DNA from: Mobula hypostoma
Taxonomy: Eukaryota
DNA: 64,000 nucleotides
Reading direction: 5' to 3'
Assembly: GCF_963921235.1 (NCBI RefSeq)
Contig: NC_086118.1
Coordinates: 12,712,001-12,776,000, forward strand
Within the stretch, counting starts at the first letter, position 1, and each line of letters starts with the position of its first letter. Both the position numbers and the translations under genes were made by a program. Shown here in pieces: positions 50,855 through 64,000 of this stretch. Under the pieces are notes generated by a model that searched no databases, was not told the DNA's origin, and was given only the letters and a program-made list of their open reading frames with translations.

Positions 50855-52170
50855 ATCTTTCCTCCAGAGTGAAGTCTCCCAGCCCCACGTAGTTTTCTTC
50901 TACCTCCTCTCCAAGAGCAACAGGAAGGTCTGTCCAAGCAGACTCTTTGTTGCAATCTATCTTTTTTCAAGATCTTATTTCTTCCTATCTATTCTTTCTC
51001 CCCTTATCCATTCCCTTCCACTTATATCCATGACATGTGTGATGCCCTTCATCACTTTAATCATCTCCAAAACCCAAATGCCAAATGCCATCTTTACAAT
51101 CCAGTCCACCTACACCTTTATGCCTCACCCAGGTGATCTAAGGACCCTTCACTATTTCTTTGAACACATCTGCAACCAATCCCCTTCTATCTCCTTGCTC
51201 CTTTGGTTTGCTGAACTCAGTCTTACATTGAGCAATTCCTTCTTCAACTCCACCTCACTCCCTCCTAGATGAGGGTTACCACAGGAACCCTCATGGACCC
51301 AAGCTCTGTTAGTCTCCTTGTTGGATGCACGGAACAGTCCTTGCATCATTTCAACTTAGACCCGACCCTCTTACATGGGCTCTGCTTACTGCACCTTTTC
51401 AACACCCAAAGATGTCATTACTCTTGCTTCCTACTTTGACCCTGCTCTCTCTTTCATAAGGTCCCCAATTGTTTCTTCCCTTCCTGTTACTGATATGTCT
51501 ATCTTCCTTTTATCTTTTCCCTTTCCCCCCATCAAGAGAACCAAATAAAATGTCTTTCAGAATGAAGCAACAATTCACTTGCATATATCTCACCCCGCTG
51601 TACTGCATTTGGTTTTCATATTGTATTCTCTCCCATGCCTGAGAACCTAAATTCAGTCTGGTTGAAAGTTTTTTAGAATATGTTTGATCAGCTTGCAAGA
51701 TGACCCTGAGCTTCCATTGTTCTGTTGCTCCAATTTTCCATCCTACTCCTGGTCTGACATTGGCTCCTATTTTGTTCCAATAGTGCCCAAAGTAAGCTTG
51801 GAGAAAACCACTTCATCTCTTATTGCAGTATGCTGCTGCAAACCTCAGTTTAACAATTAGACAGCCAGTATTTCTTTCTCTCCAAAGACGTGCTGGTATC
51901 TATTTTACTTTGATTCTTACTTTTCTTTACTTGTCTGCAACTGTGAGTTTTAAAAGTAGTTATCTCCTTTAGCCCAACCAGACTCTTTTGTACTTTGCAC
52001 ATTTCCCTCTTTCTGTAACTTAAAAAAGAGCTTTATCTTGTTTTGCTAGTGCTGACCAAAAGTCAGCTTTGTTCCCCAAAAAGTTAACTCTTCTCTCTCC
52101 ACAGATGCTGCATGATTTGCTGAACACTTCCAATATTATTTGTTTTCTGTTTGAAGATTACAAGCATTTA
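50855..52170 (+). mobile_element. Old decayed Penelope-like element (RT, GIY-YIG remnant, pseudo-LTR)
   Basis: IFTIQSTYTFMPH...AELSLTLSNSFFNS aligns with the Penelope RT at 22929; KQQFTC endonuclease-proximal motif near 51563; CACAGATGCTGC terminus. Confidence 0.75.
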
Positions 52171-52476
52171 CCGTTTATTTTGTTCAAATATATTGTTTTT
52201 ATTATCTTTTTTAAGTCTTAAGAGAACAGAGTATTATTGCTTTAGATAATTGCATTGATATCTTTTAAAATGTTGTGTTTTTTTTACGTGAAGCTCCTGA
52301 GATCTGAGAGTTTTTATATTGAAAAAAATATTTTCCTTGATAGGAAAAGTCTTTTTAATTCACAAATATTCTCTAAATGAAGTGTTGTTTTTAAGAACAT
52401 AATCCTTTGTTTATTGAAGGATGCCAATATGCCAGTGGAAGTTTATTTCTTATGCTGGTGCTGTAGATTGGATACA

Positions 52477-53200
52477 ACCTTAGAACCTTTGTACAGCATT
52501 GCAGGAACAGACCTTGTAAGTCATCATATCTGTGCTGACCATGACGTTCCAAATTAAATTAATCACATATGCCTACATGTGGTCCGTATCTCTCTACTCC
52601 CTGCCTCATCATGTCTCAATCATAAAATGTTTTTCCTGCATCAATTCTAATTGCTCCACTGGCAGTGCATTCCAGCTACCAAACTGTCAGGGGAAAAAAA
52701 AGTAGTTACCTCACACATTTCCTTTAAGCTTTCTCCCTCACACTTTAAACTGCTGTTCTTTAGCATGAATTATTTCCACCCTGGGGAAAGGACTCGACAT
52801 ACTTACCCTGTTGTTTATTCTCATATTACATACATTTCTATAAGGTCACCCCTGAACATTCAATGCCCCAGAGATAACAATCCAAGCTGCCTATCCTAGG
52901 CTTAATCCACTCCAGTCTGGGCAACATCCTAGTAATTCCCTTCTGCATCCTCTCCATAGGCTCCACATCCTTTCTAAAGTGTGATGACCAGAACTCTATA
53001 TGATACCCCAAACATGCTCTGAACAAATTTCTATGCATGATTTTGTAACGTGACTTGTCAACTATTATACTCAATTCCCTGGCCAATGAAAAAAAGCGTG
53101 CTGTACCACCCTATCCATTTGTGTTGCCAATTTCACAGAACTGTGGACTTACACGTCAAAATCCCTCTGCTCATCAATACTCCCAATTGTCCTGTCATTC
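52477..53200 (-). mobile_element. Decayed CR1 3' portion
   Basis: EFWSSHFRKDVEPMERMQK motif. Confidence 0.7.
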
Positions 53201-54964
53201 ATGGATGCAGTTGGCAAATATAATTCAACAATAAGTGTGTATTCAACCTGTTCAGTGTGAATCTAATGAGAAAAAAACATCACTCACCAGCAAATGTAAG
53301 GAGATTTCAAATTGTTTCATTTTTACATCTGGCACCTTCTTTGAGATAATAACGAATGGGACTCTGTGAGAGTCTTTGACCAGCAAACTTGAGGGAGGAA
53401 TGGAAGCTGCTACAACCTTCTTGTTTTAACCCAAGATGTTGCTGATCATATAGAAGAATTGATAATTTAATATTTCCCTTAACCTGCTTAGTGTGTTGTG
53501 CTGAAGATGATGTTGTGTAATCCAGAGATCCCGTGATTACAGAACCTGAAATATTAAATTGAGATAAGCCTGTTAGTGGGTTGAAATGTTTACAAGGCTC
53601 TTAGTCAACAAGGATTTTTATCAATCTCCAGTAATAAAAGCTTAACTGGAGTTTTTTTTTAGAGGAATACAGTTTTCAACCAATGGTGGTATTTCCTATA
53701 TTGTGTTAATGTCCACTGAGTCCCAGCTGGCCATCTGTAAAAACCATGAAGTTTTGTTATCTGCATATTTAAAACATAAATTTATCCTGAATCACTCGAT
53801 AAAAAAATGGAAAATTCACATCTGATCCACCCAGTCTGATTTTGCTCTAATATTTGTTCTAAACAAATGCTGCCAGAAATTTGTGTGCAATGATGAGTAA
53901 TCACCCAATTGTTTTTATCAGGATCTTTGTGGAGGGATTAATGCTGACCAGAACAATTTGCCTGTATTTCATTAAACAGTGCCCTGTGTTGTGTATTGAT
54001 ATTTCAACAATATTTGAGTAATCTTTTATATCAATTGTTAGATTAATCTGTTTTGTTTGTTTCTTGTTTGGGTTATATGTATAAATATGTTAACTGCCTA
54101 CATCATCACACTATCACAGAATATGTGTGTGCCTCACTTAAAATAAACTCGAGCTACACCTGTATTCCTGGACTCTTGTGTCTTACTTTGAATTAATTTA
54201 ATGGCTCGAAGTAAAACAAGACGTAACACTGTGGGCTTTCCTGTCTCTCAGATGGGGCAAATATATCCACAGTTGATTTTTCAATCTGTAAACAGCCCCT
54301 GTAGAGTTAGCCTTTGTTCTCAGGCAGAGAACTTGAATCCGTAGCTGTCTATATGAAAGGTACGAATGCGATTGCTGAGCCATGACTTCCCGTTCCCTTA
54401 CTTTACCCTTTCAGGATCAGAGTGCTGATGGCAAGGCCAGCATTTACTACTAACCACAAGTGGCTTGCTAGTCTGTTTCAGAGGATGGAGAAGAGTTGAG
54501 AGCATCTCTACAGATCTAGAGACATGAGGGATTACAGATGCTGGAAACTGGAGCAACAAACAATCTGCTGGAGGAACTCAGTGGGTCAATCTGCTTCCGT
54601 GGAAGGGAAGAACCATCCTAATGCAGGGTTTCCACCCTTAACGCTAACAGTTCCTTTCTTCCCACCCAACAGATTGTTTCTCATTAACGATCTAGAATTA
54701 TATGTAGGCCTGTCTGTGGAGGATGTGAACTGGACTTCCATGAAGGACATAAGAGATGGGGAAATATAATTACTGAGAATTTTTTGCATAGTAGTGTTTT
54801 TTTTTTCACACAGAGAAACCTATTAGTATGGAAATGGAATGTGATTGCAGTCATCATCTTCAGAAATTCACCCAGGCAGTTCCACTGGTGAATCATGCTT
54901 ATGTCACTGATGCAAATTCAATACTGGGATGATGGAGCCTACTTCTAGATTTTTGTTGGTATCA

Positions 54965-56615
54965 CACTCAGTGGCCACTATCTTAGGTGCCCCTTCTACA
55001 TAAAAAGTGGCCATTGAGTGTATGTTCCTGGTCTTCTGCTGCTGTAACCCATCCGCTTCAAGGTTTGACATTTGCTGTGTCTTCAGAGATGTTATTCTGC
55101 ACACCACTGTTGTGACACTGTGGTTATTTTGAATTACGGTTACCTTCCTGTCAGCTTGAACCAGTCTGGCCGGTTTCCTTTGAACTATCTCATTAACAAG
55201 GTGTTTCTCTCACAGAACTCCTGCTAACAGGATGTTCCCACAATCCTGATTGAGAAGTTACAGAACCTGGGCCTCTGCAATTGGATCCTCAACTTCCAAA
55301 CCGGAAGACCACAATCTGTGTGGATTGTTGATAACATATCCTCCTCTCTGACGATCCACACTGGCATACTACAGGGGTGTGGGGTTTGCCCACTGCTCTA
55401 CTCTCTATATACTGTGTGGCTAGGCATAGCTCAAATACCATCTGTAAATTTGATGACTATTCAACCATTGTTGGTAGAATCTCAGCCGGTGATGAGAGGG
55501 AATACAGGAGTGAGATATGCCAACTAGTGGAGTGGTGTCGTAGCAACAACCTGGCACTCAATGTCAGTAATAAGAAAGAGCTAATTGTGGACTTCAGGAA
55601 GAGTAAGATGATGGAACACATACCAATCTTCATAGAAGTGGAGGGAGTGAGCAACTTTAAGTTCCTGGGTGTCAAGATCTCTGACGGCCTAACCTGGTTC
55701 CAACAGATCGATGTAGTTATGAAAAAGGGAAGACAGCAGCTATACTTTATTAGGAGTTTGAAGAGATTTGTATGTCAACAAATATACTCAAAAACTTCCA
55801 TAGTTGTACCGTGGAAACAATTCTGACAGGCTGCATCACTGGCTGGTATGGAGGGACTACTGCACAGGACGGAAAGAAGCTGCGGAAGGTTGTAAATCTA
55901 ATCAGCTCCATCTTGAGTACTAGCCTACAAAGTACCCAGGACATCTTTAGGGAGCGATGTTTCAGAAAGGCAGTGTCCATTATTGAGGACCTCCAGCACC
56001 CAGGGCATGCTCATTGTTACCATCAGGTAGGAGGTACAGAAGCCTGAAGGCACACACTCAGCCATTCAGGAACAGCTTCTTCCCCTCTGCCATCTGATTC
56101 CTATATGGACATTGTATCTTTGGACACTACCTCACTTTTTAAAAAAAATATGCAGTATTTCTGTTTTTGCACGTTTTTAAAAATCTATTCAATATACGTA
56201 ATTGATCTACTTATTTATTTATTATTATTTTTATTTCATTTATTTTTTCTTTCTCTCTGCTAGATTATGTATTGTATTGAACTGTTGCTGCTAAGTTAAC
56301 GAATTTCACGTCATATACCGTGATAATAAAACTGTTTCTGATTTTGCTTTGTTTCTTGTACCATTCTCTGTTAACTCTAGAGACTGTGAAAGTCCTAGGA
56401 GATCAGCAGTTTTTGAGATAATCAAACCACAATTATTCCACGGGCAAAGTCACATAGATCTTCCCCACTCTGTTGTTTGGTCTGAGCAGCAGCTGAACCT
56501 TTTCATCATGTCTGCATGCCTTTATCCATTGATTTGCTGCCACATGATTGATCGATTAGATATGTGCATTTCCAAGCAAGTGTACAGGTGTACCTAATAA
56601 AGTGGCCACTGGGTG
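54965..56615. mobile_element. Tc1-derived non-autonomous element interrupted by a Rex LINE
   Basis: TIRs CACTCAGTGGCCACTATCTTAGGT / ACCTAATAAAGTGGCCACTGGGTG; an extra internal inverted TIR copy ends at 55020. Confidence 0.7.
55237..56343 (+). mobile_element. Rex1/Babar LINE, 5'-truncated
   Basis: [41 protein letters not shown]. Confidence 0.9.
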
Positions 56616-57031
56616 CTAATCAGCTTGTCCTGAGGAAGCTTGCTAAGCAATCTTGGAACACTGATATGTCGATGTAGCAGCACCGCTGCCAAAGTAACTT
56701 ACTTCCAGGGAGTGAGAGCTCAGAGTGTGGACAGGGCTTCCATCTTCTTTGGAGACTTCACTAATATATTGACTCCTGTCAAGAACTAACCAATTTCATC
56801 TCTCCACATTCTTCAAATTTGGCCTCAGCCTGAGTTCTTCCTATCCCCAACAAAAGCCCCTTGCTGAGTCAACTCCCCAGCTTCACTGAACACTAACCAA
56901 GAGTTGACACCAACCCCTGACCAAGTCCAGTCAAGAGTTTTGCATCCACCGCCCGCCCAACTACCATGACCTGTAATTTGATGTTGGATTTAACTGCATT
57001 TCACGTTCATTGGTCTTACAGTGGAAAGTCC

Positions 57032-57238
57032 CTCTGTAAGGAAGTTGTACGTTCTCCCCATGACCACATGGGTTTCCTCATGGTCCTCTGGTTTCCTCCC
57101 TCAGTCCAAAGATGCTTAATTGATGGTTTAATTGGTCATTGTAAATTGTCTCATGATTAGGCCAAGGTTAAGTCAAGGGCTGCAGGGCAGCATGGCCTGT
57201 TCCACACTACATCTCAATAAAAATAAAACTAAATAAAT
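57032..57238 (+). mobile_element. V-SINE fragment lacking the head
   Basis: Same core and tail as 15892-16172. Confidence 0.65.
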
Positions 57239-57842
57239 GCCACAGAATATTAGCCCAGCAGGTCTGTGAACAAAATGGTTGTTGGTGGGCCACGCTGTGA
57301 TTTTTTAACATATTTTCCTGAGTACCAGAAAATCTGAAGGCCAATATCTTTAACTGTTGAATAACATATGAGAAAGTTTATGTGTTTTAGCTTAACATTC
57401 TGAAGTCTGATGGATTAAGTACAATGAAAGTCAAGTGGAAAAGCCCAACTAGTTAATAAACCAGAGTAGAATTAAGATGGACGAGTACACATTGACAAAT
57501 TCCAATCCAGAGCTGATATTCACTTGGATAAAGCAACGGTGATAAAGAATTGGAAATATTTACAGATCTTTTTCATTGTTATAGTTACATCAGCAGCAGC
57601 AAAATTGTAGACATAATCATTAGAATTAACTTTACAATAAATAGCTTTTAATCTTGTGAAAAACACGATGAACAATATGATCCATTAGTCTGGACTTCCT
57701 TGCATCCATGATTATCTCTTCTAAAGACATAAACTGGAAGAATGAGCCAAATGTTCTTGAGCTACTTCTGATGTTTGGGACCTGTACTGACAGCCTGCTA
57801 TAATACACATTCTTTACCATATTGGTGACCTCAGATAAACCT

Positions 57843-58340
57843 CAGAAGCTGTTCCTAAAACATTGAGTATCCGCCTTCAGGTTTCTGTACCTCTTCCTTG
57901 ATGGTAGCAATGAGAAGCCAGCACGTCCTGGGTGATGGGGGTCCTCAATGAGAGATGCCGCCTTTTTGAGGCATTGCTGTTTGAAGGTGCCCTCGATGCT
58001 GGGGAGGCTAGAGCCCATGGGACTGGTTGAGTTAGTAACCTTCTTCAGATTTTTCTGATCCTGTGCAATGGTCCTACCATTGATGTCTGGATTTCCATGG
58101 ATGTCTGCAAAGAACAAGAATTTCAGGTTGTATATTATATACATCTCTCTGATATTAAGTTAAATTATTGAACTATTGATTAATACTGGAGATATGATTG
58201 TGTTGAATGCTGAGCAGTAATCAATAATCAGCAGCCTGACATAGGTATTGCTATTGTCCAGTCGACCAAAGCCGAGTGGAGAGCCAGTGATATTGCATCC
58301 ACTGCAGACCAATGGTGGTGACAGACAAATTACGAGGTCT
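57843..58340 (-). mobile_element. Rex1/Babar fragments
   Basis: YVRLLIIDYCSAFNTI and DPHHPG...RNSF motifs. Confidence 0.75.
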
Positions 58341-58988
58341 AGGTACCGCATGAGAGTTCATGTATTTGGTAATGGTTCCTCACCAGCTGTGGTGATCTAT
58401 GGCCCTAAGAGGGCAGGAAATCAGGACTGAAGCACAGAAGTACAGGGTACATTGAGAGACATTTCTACATTGATGATGCTCATAAGTCACTTTCTAGTAC
58501 AGAAGAAGCAGTCAGCATGCTGAACGCAGAGTAAGACATGTTAGTACGGTCTAATGTCAGACTACATAAGATCGCATCCAACAGTGCTGAGGTCCTGTAA
58601 TGTTTCCCATCTGAAGATTTGGCCAAACATCTGCAGAACCCTGATCTTGGACAGGACTTCCCTGCTATGCAGAAGAGTTTGGGCTTCGGATGAAACCTTG
58701 CTACCCACACCATTACCTTCCGCACTGATACTGAAAGAAGCTTTATGTGTCGTGCTGTGCTATTAACTATCAACGGCCTGTCTGACCTGCTTGGATCTGC
58801 TGCTGCTGTCAGTATCCAGGATGCTTCTTGTTAAGAGAGTTGACCTCATATAATTGTGAATGGGATGTCCCACTTCCTAAAGAGAAACATGAGTAGTGGC
58901 AGCAGTGGGGTTCTTCCATTCAGGATCTTGTAGGCGTGAATATTCCAAAAACCTACGCAACAATTCTAATATCTAGAGCCTAAAAGAA

Positions 58989-61510
58989 AGACCATAAAAC
59001 CATAAGATATATGAGCAGAATTAGGCCATTTGGCCCATCTACTCTGTCTGCTATTTCATCATGGCTGATCCATTTTCCCTCTCAGCCCCAATCTCCTACC
59101 TTCTGCACATATCTCTTCAAACCCTTCATATGGCAAACCTTTCAAAACTGGGATAATTTTCATGAACCTCCTTTGAACCCTCTCCAACGTCAGCACATTC
59201 TTTCTTAGATAACGAGCCCAAAAAAAGCTCACAATACTCCCAGTGAACCCTCACCAGTGTTTTGTAAAGCTTCAACATTACAACCTTGCTTTTATATTCT
59301 AGTCTTAAAATGAATGCTAACATCACATTTGCCTTCCTCACCAACAAAACAACCCGTAAATTAACCTTTAGGGAATTCTGTCCCTTTGCACCTCAGATTT
59401 TTGAATTTTCTCTCCATTTAGAAAATACTCTACCTTTTTACTTCTTCTACCAAAGTGTATGACCATACACTTCCAAACACTATGTTCCATCTGCCATGTT
59501 TTTGCCCAATCTCCTAATCTGTCTAAGTCATCCCGTAACCTCTCTATTTCCTCAAAACTATCTGCCCCTCCTCTTATCTTCGTATCATCCACAATTTTTG
59601 CAAGAAAGTCATCAATTCCATCATCTAAGTCATTGACATATAACATAAAAGAAACGGTCCCAACACAAACCTGGTGGAACCACCACTAATCACTGCAGTC
59701 TACCAGAAAAGATTCCTTTATTTCTATTCTTTGCCTCCTGCCAATCAGCCAATGGTCTATCCACGCTGCATCTTTCCGATAATACCATGGTGCTTAACTG
59801 GCTAACTGGCCTTATGTGTGGCACCTTGTCAAAGGCCTTCTGAAAATCCAAGTCTACAGCATCCACCAATTCTTCTTTGTCTATCCTGCCTGTTATTTCT
59901 TCATAGAATTCCAAGTATCCCAAAACACATCCTTAAAAATCAAATCCAAAATTTTCTCAACCACTGAGTTCAGACTAACTGGCTTATAAATTCTTCTCTT
60001 CTGCATTTTCTCTTCTGCATCCCTTCCTCCAACTGATTCTTGGAAGGTCATTACTAATGCCTCCACAATCTTTTCAACCACCTGCTTCAGAACCCTGGCA
60101 TGCATACCGTCTTGACAAGTGACTTGTCTATTGCCTCCTCAATGCCTCCACAATCTTTTCAACCACTTCTTTCAGAACCCTGGCGTTTATACTGTCTTGA
60201 CAAGTGACTTGTCTATTTCCAAGCCTTTTAATTTCCCAAGAACCTTCTCCCTAGTAATGGCAACTTCATACACTTCTGCCCCGACACTCTCAAATTTCCT
60301 GTATACTGGTAGTCTTCCATAGTGAAGACTGATGCAAAATACTTCTCTCAGTTTGTCCGCCATTCCCTTGACCCCCACTACTACCTCTCTGGCATCATTT
60401 TCCAGTTGCCCTGTATCTACTTTTGCCTCTCTTTTATACTTAATATATCTGAAGAAACTTTTGGTATCTTCTTTAATACCGTTAGCTAGCTTATCTTCGT
60501 ATTCCATCTTTTCCTTCTTAATGACTTTTTTAGTTGCCTTCTGTTGGTTTTTAAAAACTTTTCAGTCCTCTACTTCCCATGTATTTTTGCTCTATCATAT
60601 GCCTACCCTTTGGCTTTTATGATGGCTTTAACTTTTTTAATGAGCCGTAGTTGTGTCATCTTGCCTTTAGATTACTTCTTTCTCTTTGGGATGCATATAT
60701 CCTGTGCCTTCTGAATTGCTTCCAGAAATTCCAGCTATTGCTGCTCTGCCGTCATTTCTCCTAGTGTTCTTTTCCAATCAATTCTGGCCAGCTCCTCACT
60801 CATGCCTCTGTAATTCCCTTTACTACACTGTAATACTTACACATCTGACATTAGCTTCTCCTCACATTCCAGGGTGAATTCTATCATATTATGAACACTT
60901 TACCCTGAAGGTTCCTTTACCTTAAGCTCTCTAATCAATTCCGGTTCATTCCACAACACCCAATCCAGAATTAGCTGATTAGCTGATCCCCTAGTGGGCT
61001 CAGCCATGAGCTGCTCTAAAAAGCCATCTCGTAGGCATTCTAAAAATTCCCTATCTTGGGATCCAGCACCAACCTGATTTGCTGAATCAATCTGCATATT
61101 GAAAACCCACATGACTGTCATAATATTGCCCTTTTGGCATGCATTTTCTATCTCTCATTGTAATTTGTAGACTAGTTCTTTACTACTGTTTGGGGATCTG
61201 TATATAACTCCCACCAGGGTCTTGCTACCCTTGCAGTTTCTTAGCTCTGCCCACAACAATTCAATACCTCTGACTTTTTGTCACCTCTTTCAAATGATAT
61301 GATTTAATTTTGTTACCTATAGAGCCACACCACCCCTCTGCTTACCTGGCTATCCTTTCAATACAATGTGTATCATTGGATGTTAAGCTCAGAGCTATAA
61401 TCTTCATTTAGCCACGATTCATTGATGCTCAGAACGTAATTCATGCCAATTGGTAATTGTGCTACAAGTTCATCTCTCTTATTCCATACACTGTGCATAT
61501 TCAAATATGA
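58989..61510 (-). mobile_element. Older CR1 with APE and RT remnants and internal deletions
   Basis: [30 protein letters not shown]; tail at 58989. Confidence 0.9.
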
Positions 61511-61662
61511 AGGTCTGCATCTGCTGTGATGTGTCAATTAAAGCTATTGTTGCTGTTCCATTTCTAAAGATCACAGATACTGCTGGATATAGCAAAGTTG
61601 GATTTATCCTGCACAAGCCAAAACTTACTTCCAAGCCTGGTCTCACCATACCAAGGCTTGAA

Positions 61663-62175
61663 TATAGAACATTGAAATAGAAAATCTACAGCATATTACA
61701 GGCCCTCCAGTCCACAATACTGTGCCGACCATGTAACCTACTCTAGAATTTCCCTACCGCATAGCCCTCTGTTTTTCTAACCTCCATGTACCTCTCAGAA
61801 TCTCGTAAAATACCCTGTTGTATTCGCCTCTGCTACCTTCGCTGGCAGTGCATCCATTCACCCACCATTGTCTGTGTGAAAGACTTACCTCTGCCATCCC
61901 CCTTGTACCTACTTCCAAGCACCTTAAAACTATGCCTCTTTGTGTTAGCTATTTAAGCCCTGAGAAACAGCCGCTGGCAATCTACACGATCAATGCCTCT
62001 CATCATCTTATACACCTCTATCAGTTCACCTCTCATGCTCCATTGCTCCAAGGAGTAAAAGCCAAGTTCATTCAACCCATTCTCATCAGGCATGCTCTCC
62101 AACCCAGGCAACATCCTTGTAAATCACCTCTGCACTCTGTCTATAGTATCCACTTCCTTCCTGTAATGAGGTGAC
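61663..62175 (-). mobile_element. CR1 (family B-like) 3' fragment
   Basis: Matches the 3' end of 29538-30060. Confidence 0.85.
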
Positions 62176-62956
62176 TCGGTCTGCCGTTCACATGGCAGAG
62201 ATGATACTCAAGGAGCTGGTCACAAAACGAGATGATATCAAACTCTTTACTAGCAGCAAGGTTTTGTTTAGTTACAATATTTAATGAAACAAGGGATCCT
62301 ATCCTTATGTAGATAATAGGATGCAATTTATCAGTCAATCAACTCAGAAGAGCCAATGGAAATTTGCTCCTGCTGATCTCAACCTGGCTAATCAAGCCAC
62401 AAGAGTGCTCAAAGCTAATCAGTTCACTGTCTCCTTCTGCTTAACTGGCCCAGCATTTTGTTGCTGATTCTCAGCAGGAATTTAGTCAGCAGGAAGCTTT
62501 AGACTTAGCTGACCCTGAGGCAGAAGCAGAAATATGTCCGCAAGTGTCAACAAACAGCATCATTTATCACCGCTCCAACTTGGCAGTGCATGCATTGAGT
62601 GTTTTCAAGCTCGAAGTCGCTCTCCAGAGCATTTGCTTGGCTCACACATATTGCTCATTCCTTTACAGGAGAGGCCAAAGACAACCTTTGCAATGGTTGA
62701 CCAATTTGTAAGCAGCCTCTCAGCACAGATTAACTGAATCGGACAACGATCTGAATCCTTCTTGTGTTTAAAGACAGGTTTATGTGGAAAAATTATCATG
62801 CATCCAAAGCAGTCATCACGCCCAAAATAAAGTCCCCTTAGTAAACCCTGTCCCTTTCTTGACTCTGAGGGGCGAATGGAGTTGGGGGACATATTAAGAA
62901 GTCACATCTCACTTCACAGGAATCCCACCCAGTCGCCGTTCTAAGTAAGCATCATA

Positions 62957-63397
62957 GAAACATAGAAACTTAGAAAATAGGTGCAGGAGTAGGCCATTTG
63001 GCCCTTCAAGCCTGCACCACCATTTATTATGATCATGGCTGATCATCCAACTCAGAACCCCGCCCCAGCCTTCCCTCCATACCCCCTGACCCCCGTAGCC
63101 ACAAGGGCTATATCTAACTCCCTCTTAAATATAGCCAATGAACTGGCCTCAACTGTTTCCTGTGGTAGAGAATTCCACAGATTCACCACTCTCTGTGTGA
63201 AGAAGTTTTTCCTAATCTCGGTCCTAAAAGGCTTCCCCTCTATCCTCAAACTGTGGCCCCTCGTTCTGGACTTCCCCAACATCGGGAACAATCTTCCTGC
63301 ATCTAGCCTGTCCAATCCCTTTAGGATCTTATACGTTTCAATCAGATCCCCCCTCAATCTTCTAAATTCCAACGAGTACAAGCCCAGTTCATCCAGT
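62957..63397 (-). mobile_element. Young CR1 (family A) 3' fragment
   Basis: LDELGLYSLEFRRLRGDL...GAGF; candidate TSD ATCATA (62951-62956 / 63398-63403). Confidence 0.93.
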
Positions 63398-64000
63398 ATC
63401 ATATCACCTCTCTGCTCATCAGACATTACCACATGCAAGTATGTCATCATCGCTGGGATTTTTAAAGTGAGAACAGTTGAAGACTATGCAGGAAGGCTGT
63501 TTTCAAGACCATTCTCTGAGTCTATCCTTCCTTCACCAAAGACCTAGGGAAATGATCATTCAAGCTTTAGTTTTAGTAATTAAGTTTGGCATCCTGTGAA
63601 TGCCAGGTGTGGAATATTCTGGCCTCTAGCAGCACAGTTCACTTTGTATGAACATCACTTTCCATACATAAACCGTGTTTTTATAACATTTCCTGCTCAG
63701 GTTAGTTTTGATTTGATCTGAAGAATACAGTGGAAAGATATTCATCTTAATCCACTCCTTATTTACCCTTGAAACAGCAATATATTTTCACAAGTAAAAA
63801 GATCTCATTAAAAAGTCTGAAGGAAGCTTCTATCTCAGGTGATTTTTAAGAAGTTGATTAGCTCTCTGCATGGTTATGTTCATACGCACAGTGAAGGCAA
63901 TAGAGAGTCCATAGAATTGAGGTTGGTTCCCCTGATACGCTGACTTATGTTCACAAATCTGTGCAATTTCTTGCAGCACAGTTACCATACCAAATTAGTT

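Larger units (their letters stand above)
58341..63545 (+). pseudogene. pol: BEL/Pao LTR-retrotransposon pol remnant in four pieces (58341-58988, 61511-61662, 62176-62950, 63398-63545)
   Basis: YRMRVHVFGNGSSPAV, RHFYIDD, RLHKIASN, WDVPLP; CDVSIKAIVAV...TIPRLE; QWKFAPADLNLANQATR, LTGPAF; LLIRHYH. Confidence 0.88.

Noticed and set aside
54251..54359. Exon-like segment with good acceptor and donor
   Set aside because: Stops in all three frames; a non-coding exon cannot be supported without RNA data.

Overview
Vertebrate repeat-dense intergenic or intronic DNA. The CR1, V-SINE and Penelope families suggest a cartilaginous fish, probably a ray (inference). I found no host protein-coding gene, rRNA, true tRNA gene or CRISPR array; every recognisable ORF is transposon-derived. 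Contents: (1) many CR1 LINEs, including five near-identical copies of one young family and one near-full-length copy with an esterase-type ORF1; (2) Rex1/Babar LINEs; (3) Penelope-like elements carrying minimal hammerhead ribozymes, including a 101-bp-arm perfect palindrome with two intact hammerheads at 14551-14798; (4) two Tc1 transposons in a TA-rich microsatellite, one a Sleeping Beauty-family element rearranged so that both ends are right IR/DRs; (5) an internally deleted Tigger/pogo element, plus hAT and Tc1 MITEs; (6) a decayed class I endogenous retrovirus (LTR, Ser-like PBS, RT, RNase H, integrase) split by LINE insertions; (7) a BEL/Pao pol split by three CR1s; (8) solo LTRs, one with a 72-bp tandem array. 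Family calls come from motifs recognised by eye and from memory; no database searches were run.
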